Origin: Phycisphaeraceae bacterium
GTDB taxonomy: Bacteria > Planctomycetota > Phycisphaerae > Phycisphaerales > Phycisphaeraceae
Assembly (NCBI GenBank): GCA_963674705.1
Contig: OY771506.1
Coordinates: 3,488,001 to 3,552,000, forward strand
Direction: 5' to 3'
Length of the DNA stretch: 64,000 nt
Shown here: positions 10,450-18,053 of the stretch, piece after piece
Layout of the letters: every line of letters starts with the position of its first letter
Position numbering within the stretch: the first letter of the stretch is position 1
Made by a program: the position numbers and the translations under genes
Notes under the pieces: model-generated
The model's database searches: none
What the model saw: the letters and a program-made list of their open reading frames with translations, nothing else
Told to the model about the DNA's origin: nothing

Positions 10450-10923
10450 ATGGGTCTGCGCGAATTCATCAGCTATGAAACTGTTGCCGATCTTCACCTG
10501 AGGCCGGCGTTGACCGCTGTGCCGGAGGTGAGCCTGCGTCAGGCGATCGAGTTGATGCGGGATAATAAGCTGGGCTGCATCTTCGTCGTCGACAGAGACG
10601 GAAAACCACTGGGTAAATTCAATGAACGGCAGGTGCTTCGTGTGACGCGCGACAAGGTCTCGCTTGATGAACCGGTGGGCAATCACACCGTGCCGCTGCC
10701 TAAAAGCGGCATCGTGCGGTTGGACACGCCCGTTGAAGAGGCACTGTTTGGCATGCGTGAAAACCGTATGCGGTTCATGTGCGTCGTCGATCACGATGGC
10801 AAGGTCATCGCTTTGACCGGCCAACGCGGATTGATGGAGTACGTCGTCGATCACTTCCCCAGACAGATCAAGGTCCAGATGATGAGTACGAAACTGCACC
10901 TGAATTCACGAGAGGGGGCATAA
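10450..10923 (+). CDS. CBS-domain (Bateman) protein
   Basis: Two CBS-like units (AIELMRDNKLGCIFVVD..GK; MRFMCVVDHDGKVI). Confidence 0.8.
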   Translation: MGLREFISYETVADLHLRPALTAVPEVSLRQAIELMRDNKLGCIFVVDRDGKPLGKFNERQVLRVTRDKVSLDEPVGNHTVPLPKSGIVRLDTPVEEALFGMRENRMRFMCVVDHDGKVIALTGQRGLMEYVVDHFPRQIKVQMMSTKLHLNSREGA

Positions 10924-10925
10924 GC

Positions 10926-11414
10926 ATGGCACGTAAGCGAAACCCTGTTACTCCCGGTGAATTTGAAGACCCGCTGAACAACTACGACCCGCCGATGTAC
11001 CAGGACGAGTTGGAACGGCTTTTGTGCGAGACGGAAGTCAAGTCGATGCGCATCACGCCGGTGCATTGCGTCAGCAAAGAAATGACGGTCAGCGCTGTGC
11101 TGGACCTGATGTGGGCGAAAGAGACATCGTGCGTCGTCGTGACCGACGAAGCGAACAAGCCGTTGGGCGTGTTCTCGTCGAAGGATGTGCTGTACAAGAT
11201 CGCGGGCAACGATGCGTTGTATAGCCAGCCGATCGAGGCGGTGATGTCGCCGAACCCGCGGACGGTGTACGCGACGGATTGCCCGGCCAAAGCCTTGAAC
11301 CTGATGGCGATCGGCGGCTTCCGACATATCCCCGTCGTAGATGTCGACGGCAAAGTCGTCGGCATGCTCGCGCCACGACGGACGACGGAGTTCCTCGAAG
11401 CGCATATGCATTAG
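10926..11414 (+). CDS. CBS-domain protein, tandem paralog
   Basis: SCVVVTDEANKPLGVF, VMSPNP, GGFRHIPVVDVDGKVVG; starts 2 nt after the previous stop. Confidence 0.85.
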   Translation: MARKRNPVTPGEFEDPLNNYDPPMYQDELERLLCETEVKSMRITPVHCVSKEMTVSAVLDLMWAKETSCVVVTDEANKPLGVFSSKDVLYKIAGNDALYSQPIEAVMSPNPRTVYATDCPAKALNLMAIGGFRHIPVVDVDGKVVGMLAPRRTTEFLEAHMH

Positions 11415-11443
11415 ATTGAGGATTGTTTTAATTGAGTGATTAA

Positions 11444-11476
11444 TAAACAGCCCCATGCAGAAGCGTGGGGTTTTTA
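11444..11476 (+). terminator. Hairpin/terminator after the CBS pair; second copy at 14645-14673
   Basis: AGCCCCATGC-AGAA-GCGTGGGGTT followed by Ts. Confidence 0.6.
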
Positions 11477-11484
11477 TGTTTAAT

Positions 11485-11560
11485 GTATAGCCGCGACCAT
11501 TGGTCGCGCTCTTTGAATAACGCAAAACATGAAGAGCGCGACCACTGGTCGCGGCTATAC
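11485..11560. repeat. REP doublet (REPIN-like), family A
   Basis: GTATAGCCGCGACCATTGGTCGCGCTC ... GAGCGCGACCACTGGTCGCGGCTATAC inverted pair; same unit at 17961-18038. Confidence 0.85.
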
Positions 11561-11604
11561 CGTTGGTCGTTCAGCAGTTCGACGGTTTTGTATTGGGGGT
11601 TGGG
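11559..11604 (-). pseudogene. Degenerate duplicate of the mutY 3' end
   Basis: 40/46 nt identical to 14691-14736; reads LPNPQYKTVELLNDQR vs MutY LPNPQRKAVELLNDER. Confidence 0.8.
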
Positions 11605-11683
11605 TAAGCAAGTAGCATGGGTTTCCATCTGACGTAGGGAGCGCTTCGCTTAACGCCACCCTGCCCGTCAATAATGTACTTAT

Positions 11684-13175
11684 CCCGAACGCCACCAACT
11701 TAAGCGGCAAGTGATTCATCGTCAATGACTTCGGCGTGGTACTCACTGCGGGGTTTGGTCATCAGGCGATGGCGGTCTTTTCTTCGTTTAATCACGCGCG
11801 GCTGATCGCGGTCCGGCCTTCGGGGATTGATCAATAGCTTCGACAGCGGTGCCTGCGGCGCTCGGTAACGCAGCACGTCCAACGCATCGATAAAACTCAC
11901 ACGCTCCGGCTGCACGCCTTGACTGCGCGCCGCTTCGAGCATCAACAGCCTCACCAGGTTGTACACGATCATGTACGACCACAGCTCCTTGATCACGCCG
12001 TCACGGCTCCTGCAACGCAGCACATCCATCTTCATCGTCGTCTTCAGGTAACCCAGATTCGTCTCGATCTGCCAACGCGCTTGATAAAGATCGGCCAGTG
12101 CTTGCTTGCCATACTTCCGGGGGTCGGTCAACGTCGTCACGAGCGTGACCTGTTGCGTGCGATAACCTCTGCGCTTCACGGCGTAGCGCAACTCACGCAC
12201 GACCAGCGCCCCCGGAAGTTCGGCGTACTGTTCGGCGCTCATCCATGTCGGGCGCTTGTTGGGCTTGATATATTCGACGAGTTGATCGGACCTGCCGAAC
12301 CGTTTGAGGTAGCGCGACGCCGGCACACCCTTGCGTTGATCCTTGCGTTTCTGCTTTTTGTGTTTGCGTCTGGGTGTGAAGCTGACGATCGAACGCTGAT
12401 GCACGCGGAACAGGCCGTGCAATCGGGACTGATATAATAGCGCCAGGTGCGCGTACGAGCCGAACGCGCGGTCGCCGACCAGCACGTCGCCTTCTTGCAT
12501 CGATGGGTGAAGCCGGTGGGCGTCGGCCAGGTCGTAGCGGTTCCACTTCGCCTCGATGAAGTCAACGATCAGACCCGTCGCCGCGTCGAACACCCACAAC
12601 ACATGCATCACCGGGAAGCCGCAGCCGGCCTTGACATTGCCCGGCTGACCGAACGCGCGTTGCAACCCGGACGTATCCGGCATCGACACGCCCGTGCCGT
12701 CGATCAGCAACACACGATGCCCGTGCCACAGGCCGATTGCTTGCGTGTGTTCACGCGCGCGGTGGGTGAGCATCGCCGCGAGATAACCCAGCACATCCAC
12801 CGGCAGCCGCGCGCGGGCCTTGCAGTAAGCCGTGACGCTGAATCGCATCCCCGCCACCCGCGCCAGACACCGGCACGACACGTTGGCGAACAACACCTGC
12901 AGCAGCATCAGACGGACGGTGACGATCGGGTCCAGCAGCCGCCGACGCCAGACATGCCCCGCCGCCGCGCAGGCCTCGAGCACCAGCCGATGATCCAGAT
13001 GTTCTAAAGGATTATCCTTGAAACGCGCGACGGCCCATGCGATACTGGTCATCCGTGACCTCCTGTGATGTTGTTGTTAGAACACCACCATCATCGCAGG
13101 AGGTTCATTATTGCGCCAGTGCGGCGTAACGCGCGCTACAGAAATAACTTACGGCTTAAGTTTGTGGCGTTCGGG
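11684..13175 (-). mobile_element. IS4-family insertion sequence
   Basis: Terminal inverted repeats CCCGAACGCCACCAACTTAAGC (11684-11705) and GCTTAAGTTTGTGGCGTTCGGG (13154-13175), 1 mismatch in 22; the exact tip may be 2-3 nt inside; encloses a DDE transposase. Confidence 0.88.
11700..13052 (-). CDS. IS4-family DDE transposase
   Basis: AYCKARARLP, LIDGT, GDRAF, Y..RW.IE...K (YQARWQIETNLGYLK) signature. Confidence 0.93.
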   Translation of the reverse strand: MTSIAWAVARFKDNPLEHLDHRLVLEACAAAGHVWRRRLLDPIVTVRLMLLQVLFANVSCRCLARVAGMRFSVTAYCKARARLPVDVLGYLAAMLTHRAREHTQAIGLWHGHRVLLIDGTGVSMPDTSGLQRAFGQPGNVKAGCGFPVMHVLWVFDAATGLIVDFIEAKWNRYDLADAHRLHPSMQEGDVLVGDRAFGSYAHLALLYQSRLHGLFRVHQRSIVSFTPRRKHKKQKRKDQRKGVPASRYLKRFGRSDQLVEYIKPNKRPTWMSAEQYAELPGALVVRELRYAVKRRGYRTQQVTLVTTLTDPRKYGKQALADLYQARWQIETNLGYLKTTMKMDVLRCRSRDGVIKELWSYMIVYNLVRLLMLEAARSQGVQPERVSFIDALDVLRYRAPQAPLSKLLINPRRPDRDQPRVIKRRKDRHRLMTKPRSEYHAEVIDDESLAA

Positions 13176-13186
13176 TCTGACCCCGT

Positions 13187-13768
13187 TTATTCTCCGTTTC
13201 TTCCCAAATCAACTCGATTGAGTACACTCACAAGATAATCCCCTTCATTGGGTGTAAGACCACGGAATAACAAGTGCCTTTTAATACCGCCCGAAAACCG
13301 AATACAGTCTAATCTGCCGAGATATCTTGGGTAATATCTTGGTGTATATTCTATATTTTTGATAGTACTTCTCTCGAATCTATGCTTGAATATAACTTTT
13401 ATTTCGAGATACCGCTCATTTACCATGAATTCTGTTCTCGACCGGTAAATCCAAACGCCAACAACAAACAGTGGTATTATCGGGATGATTAATCCTAGAG
13501 TCGCCAACAGCCATTCCAAATTTAAGCGATGCAATTCTAGCCACTCGTATAAGTAATCCTGAATTATTTCAGATTTATTGAATGTCATCAGAAGCCATCC
13601 TAAAACAAATGCAATCAATACCATAATGGATATAACAAATATATATTCAAGGCAAAATGATGCACGTGATACTGTGATTTTCAAGTCATTTCCACTTCTA
13701 GTGATAACAATGCAAGAAGGTGGGTGCAGGTCATCGCTTTGGATCGAATCATACATACTGGTTTCCAA
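13187..13768 (-). CDS. Low-GC hypothetical membrane protein (2 TM)
   Basis: 193-aa ORF in AT-rich DNA with two hydrophobic segments; stop abuts the GGGGTCAGACCC motif. Confidence 0.65.
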   Translation of the reverse strand: METSMYDSIQSDDLHPPSCIVITRSGNDLKITVSRASFCLEYIFVISIMVLIAFVLGWLLMTFNKSEIIQDYLYEWLELHRLNLEWLLATLGLIIPIIPLFVVGVWIYRSRTEFMVNERYLEIKVIFKHRFERSTIKNIEYTPRYYPRYLGRLDCIRFSGGIKRHLLFRGLTPNEGDYLVSVLNRVDLGRNGE

Positions 13769-13823
13769 TATCAGAATGTGATCTGTGGGTTATATTCTTT
13801 TTTGCCCCCACATTGGTAACTGA

Positions 13824-14097
13824 TTAGTCCCTCGTATCTATGTATGTTATGTTATCTTCAAATGGATTCACAGCTAGGGCTGTAGTTTCGTATGTAATTT
13901 TCTCATCAATTATAGTATCCCATCCATTATTATTATTTCTAACTAATTTTTGCACACGCAGTTCATATCTACCTTCAATATCTGATTGTTTGACAACGTC
14001 ATACCGTACAAGTACATTTCCGGGTTTCGGATTTAACGATGGCATATTACTATTATATGGCACTGTGATGGCGTTCTTAACATTATCATCAGGGCAG
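13824..14097 (-). pseudogene. 5'-truncated low-GC ORF fragment
   Basis: AT-rich open frame begins right after the motif at 14098-14121; the upstream part of the track ORF (to 14240) is GC-rich transposase DNA read in another frame. Confidence 0.5.
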
Positions 14098-14115
14098 AAA
14101 AGGGGATAAGTACAT

Positions 14116-14325
14116 TTATTGAGGTGTATTTTTGGGGGGTCTGCCTCTTGGACGCAGGGTTGATTCAAGTCCCAGTCGCAAGGCGGTACGTCGTTGCCAA
14201 GATTCGTCGCCCCAAGGTCGGCCACGTCGGATACATTCACGGATGGCTTTGAGTTCCTTATTGTTTTGTGGCAGATTCACCAGACGACGCCAGTGTTTCG
14301 GGCGACCCACCGGCCAATCCGCCTT
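14116..14325 (-). pseudogene. C-terminal remnant of a Y1/HuH (IS200/RAYT-like) transposase
   Basis: WPVGRPKHWRRLVNLPQ..ELKAIRECIRRGRPWGDESW..LGLESTLRPRGRP resembles the typical tail of this group; the catalytic N-terminus is absent. Confidence 0.72.
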
Positions 14326-14688
14326 GCGACGCGTACCATGGGCGTGTCTCCGTTGGGCTTCGAGGACGATTAGACAACGCCATCGTAGCCGCGACGGAGA
14401 CTTTTCATTGATAAACTATGGATCGCTGTTTTGGACAAGAGTGGGTGGTGATATTTCTTATCCATACTTGTAAGACGGAATTGGGCAAGGAGCGCTTCAG
14501 ACTAATATCCGTCCTGTTCGAAAACTCCGTTCCGCATAAAACCGGCGAGGAAAGGGGACATTCTGCTTTATTAACGATTTCATCGGCCTTCCCCGCGGTC
14601 AAAACAGGGCACCCACCAGCAGTTTTTGAAGATGGAGTCATTCGTAAACAGCCCTGCGCGGAAGCGTGGGGTTGGTATTATTTATGCT

Positions 14689-15813
14689 TTACCGTTCGTC
14701 ATTCAGTAGTTCGACGGCTTTGCGTTGGGGGTTGGGCAGGGGCAGGTCGTCTAGTTGGATGAGTTTGCGCCATTGGCCGGCGCCCCGTTTGAGGCGGCCG
14801 GTGGCGGCGGTTGCGCGTAAGAGGTGGAAGTGGATGGTGCGGTGGGTGGTCTGGTGTTTGAAGTGGGTGGTGTTGGTGAGGTCGGCGATGGTCAGGCCCA
14901 GTTCGTTTTTGATGTAGCGTCTGATGGCGGCGGCGTCGGGTTTGGCGGGTTGATCTTCGAGGGTGGGCAGTTGCCACATGTTGGACCACAGCCCGGTCTC
15001 GGGGCGTTGCTGGAAGAGGAATTGGCCTCGGCGCTGGATGGCGAGGATGTGGTGGTGAACAGCGACGGGGGCTTTACGCTTAGGCGAAACGGGGATGTCA
15101 TCGGTTCGGCCTTGGTCGAACGCATTGCAACACTTTGCTAACGGACATCTCAGGCAGGTGGGATTGGCCTTGGTGCAGATAAGCGCGCCCAGTTCCATCA
15201 GTGACTGGTTGAAGTCGCCCGGGCGCGACTTGGGGACAAGCTGCTGAGCCAGTTGCCAGAGCTGGTCGCGGGTGTTGGGTTGGTCGGTTGGTTTATCGAT
15301 CAGGAAGAGGCGCGTCAGGACGCGGGCGACGTTGCCGTCGAGGATCGGGGCGGGGCGGTTGTGGGCGATGGAGGCGATCGCGCCGGCGGTGTATCGGCCG
15401 ATCCCCGGGAGTTTTAGCAGGGCTTCGACGGTGTCGGGTACTCGGCCGTCATGCTCATCAATAATCATCTTCGCGGCAGCGTGCAGGTTCCGTGCCCGGC
15501 GGTAGTAGCCCAGGCCCTGCCAGAGCCGCAGCACCTGCTGTTCGTTGGCCTGAGCCAGGTCCCGGAGCGTCGGCAGCTCTTGCATGAAGCGATTGAAGTA
15601 GGGGATGACCGTGGCGACCTGCGTCTGCTGGAGCATCGCCTCGCTGACCAGCACGTGGTACGGGTTCGGCGTCCTGCCTTTACTGGCACGCCAAGGCATC
15701 ACACGCTGGTGCTTGTCGTACCACGCGAGCAGACGCCTGCGGATAGTCGCAGCACGCGAGCCGGCGTCGATCGAGCTTTCTGAGTCGATGAACTTTGTTC
15801 GTTTGTGTGGCAT
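14689..15813 (-). CDS. mutY: A/G-specific adenine glycosylase
   Basis: VSEAMLQQTQV, WQGLGYYRRARN, LPGIGRYTAGAI, DGNVARV, C..(6)C..C..(5)C Fe-S motif, NUDIX-like C-terminus. Confidence 0.96.
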   Translation of the reverse strand: MPHKRTKFIDSESSIDAGSRAATIRRRLLAWYDKHQRVMPWRASKGRTPNPYHVLVSEAMLQQTQVATVIPYFNRFMQELPTLRDLAQANEQQVLRLWQGLGYYRRARNLHAAAKMIIDEHDGRVPDTVEALLKLPGIGRYTAGAIASIAHNRPAPILDGNVARVLTRLFLIDKPTDQPNTRDQLWQLAQQLVPKSRPGDFNQSLMELGALICTKANPTCLRCPLAKCCNAFDQGRTDDIPVSPKRKAPVAVHHHILAIQRRGQFLFQQRPETGLWSNMWQLPTLEDQPAKPDAAAIRRYIKNELGLTIADLTNTTHFKHQTTHRTIHFHLLRATAATGRLKRGAGQWRKLIQLDDLPLPNPQRKAVELLNDER

Positions 15814-15944
15814 ACAGTGTGTGTTTGTGAGTCCTGTCTACGGATTGGAGGCGAGTACAGCGAACGTCCGATCATCATAAGGCCCCCGCGTGTAGGGGGG
15901 AGATAAGCAGTATAGGTCCACCCGTTCACATAAGGCCGATACGT

Positions 15945-16334
15945 ATGGTAGCCAACCGTCAAGCTTTGCCGCCTGTCCGTAATTCAGTGACACACAAGTT
16001 CCAGATCATGGGTGCCGAGGGGTACCTGACGGTGGGGCTGTTTGAGAATGGCGACCCGGGCGAGGTGTTCATCAAGATGGCGAAGGAAGGCTCGACTCTC
16101 TCCGGGCTGATCCAGGCGTTCTGCCGGGCGTTCTCGCTGGCGATCCAGTACGGTTTGACGCTGGAAGAGGCCTGCAGGCGGTTCAAGGGCATGCGTTTTG
16201 AGCCGATGGGGCCGACATCCAATCCCGACATCCCCGAGGCGCTTAGCATCATCGATTACGTCGCCCGCTACCTGGAAATGAACTTCGGGCAGCAGTCTGA
16301 GCGACGTATGGGGCAGCGTGATCGGTTGCTATGA
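15945..16334 (+). CDS. Stand-alone class II ribonucleotide reductase C-terminal (TSCPD-like) domain protein
   Basis: RQALPPVRNSVTHKF..EGYLTVGLFENGDPGEVFIKMAKEGSTLSG..RFEPMG..SIIDY resembles the NrdJ C-terminal domain. Confidence 0.8.
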   Translation: MVANRQALPPVRNSVTHKFQIMGAEGYLTVGLFENGDPGEVFIKMAKEGSTLSGLIQAFCRAFSLAIQYGLTLEEACRRFKGMRFEPMGPTSNPDIPEALSIIDYVARYLEMNFGQQSERRMGQRDRLL

Positions 16335-16522
16335 GTCGCAAATCTCGGGGGTCATTTATATTTCTGGACGTGTTTGGTGCTATTCGTCGGCAGCAAGCTG
16401 CCTCGCTAAACGTGCGAAAGTGCGCTGTTGCGTTGCAGTTTCAGACGGGTAAAACAACGCGCCTTGACCGGGCGGGGCGGGGCCTGTAACTTTCGGCTTT
16501 AGTCCACAGGCCCGGTCCTTCA

Positions 16523-17947
16523 ATGGATGACCAAACCAAACATAAGTGTGGCGTCTTCGGCATCTGGGACGACCCTGACAGTGCGCATAAGTGTTACACC
16601 GCGCTCTATGCCCAGCAGCACCGCGGGCAGGAGTCAGCGGGTATCGCTGTGGTCGAGGATGGGATCCTCAACGCTCACACCGGCATGGGGCTCGTTGCCG
16701 AAGTCTTTGACGATCAGACACTGGCCAAGCTGACCGGTAGGGCGGGGATCGGGCACAACCGATACTCGACGACCGGTTCCAGCCGTAGCTGCAACGCACA
16801 GCCGCTGTTGCGTGAATACGTCGGTGGGCAGGTGGCGCTGGCGCATAACGGCAACCTGATCAACGCGGACCTGTTGCGGCGGGAGTACGAATCACGCGGG
16901 CATATGTTCCAGACCTCGACCGATACCGAGGTGATCCTGGTATTGCTCGCATCGCATCACCTGGCGAAGGACGACCCGCTTGCGGAGGTGCTGCCGCACC
17001 TTCAGGGGGCGTACTCGCTGGTATTTTTGTTTGAAGATCGGATCGAGGCGGCGCGCGATCCGTGGGGCTGGCGTCCGCTGGTGCTGGGGAAGACCGAAGC
17101 CGGAGCGCCGTGTGTCGCGAGCGAGACGGTCGCGCTTGATGCGATCGGCGCGGAGTTTGTGAGGGAGATCGAGCCGGGCGAGATCGTAACGCTTTCGGAT
17201 AAGGGCGTTGAAAGTCGGCGCTTTGCCGAGCCGCAGCCGCCCGCTCACTGCATCTTCGAGCACGTATACTTTGCCAACCCGTCGTCGATGTTGTTCGGCG
17301 ATACGGTGCAGGTCGTGCGGGAACGTCTGGGCGAGAAACTGGCGGAGGAAGCGCCGGTGGAAGCTGACTGCGTCATCCCGATGCCGGACTCCGGTCGCAG
17401 CGCGTCACTGGGTTATGCCCGCAAGAGCGGTCTGCCTTACAAAGAGGGCATCGTCCCGAACCGTTACGTCGGCAGGACGTTTATCAAACCGAGCCAGGCG
17501 CAGCGCGAGGTTGCGGTTCGGCTGAAGCTGAACGTGGTCTCCGACATCGTCAAGGGGCATCGGTTGATTGTCGTCGATGACTCGATCGTTCGCGGTACGA
17601 CAACGCGCTTCAAGATGGCGCAGCTTCGACGAGCGGGCGCAAAAGAAATCCATCTGCGGATCAGTTGCCCGCCGATCCGGCACGGTTGCTACTTCGGCGT
17701 GGACTTTCCAGACCCGCAACACCTGATCGCCAACGGCAAGAGCGTGGAACAGATCGCGCAGTTCCTCGGTGTTGATTCGCTGCACTTCCTGTCTTTGGAA
17801 GGTATGCTCTCCTGCGTGAGTTTGCCTGCAGACAAATACTGCACCGCCTGCTGGACCGGCAAGTATCCGATCGATGTGGATCATCCGGTCAACAAGCTGG
17901 ACCTGGAACGACATCAGTTGCGCATGTTCACGCCGGGTAAGGGGTAG
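16523..17947 (+). CDS. purF: Amidophosphoribosyltransferase
   Basis: Short propeptide then CGVFG, QHRGQESAG, GHNRYSTTG, CIFEHVYF, VDDSIVRGTT, Fe-S cysteines. Confidence 0.97.
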   Translation: MDDQTKHKCGVFGIWDDPDSAHKCYTALYAQQHRGQESAGIAVVEDGILNAHTGMGLVAEVFDDQTLAKLTGRAGIGHNRYSTTGSSRSCNAQPLLREYVGGQVALAHNGNLINADLLRREYESRGHMFQTSTDTEVILVLLASHHLAKDDPLAEVLPHLQGAYSLVFLFEDRIEAARDPWGWRPLVLGKTEAGAPCVASETVALDAIGAEFVREIEPGEIVTLSDKGVESRRFAEPQPPAHCIFEHVYFANPSSMLFGDTVQVVRERLGEKLAEEAPVEADCVIPMPDSGRSASLGYARKSGLPYKEGIVPNRYVGRTFIKPSQAQREVAVRLKLNVVSDIVKGHRLIVVDDSIVRGTTTRFKMAQLRRAGAKEIHLRISCPPIRHGCYFGVDFPDPQHLIANGKSVEQIAQFLGVDSLHFLSLEGMLSCVSLPADKYCTACWTGKYPIDVDHPVNKLDLERHQLRMFTPGKG

Positions 17948-17960
17948 ACGGTTCTTGGTT

Positions 17961-18038
17961 GTATAGCCGCGACCATTGGTCGCGCTGCTTGTGTTCCGTG
18001 AACATATCTCGGAGCGCGACCAATGGTCGCGGCTATAC
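17961..18038. repeat. REP doublet, family A
   Basis: GTATAGCCGCGACCATTGGTCGCGCT ... AGCGCGACCAATGGTCGCGGCTATAC between convergent genes. Confidence 0.85.
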
Positions 18039-18053
18039 AGGAATCGAGTTCGC

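Noticed and set aside
13824..14240. 138-aa ORF as an intact gene
   Set aside because: Chimeric: the 5' third is the transposase remnant read in another frame plus the junction motif.
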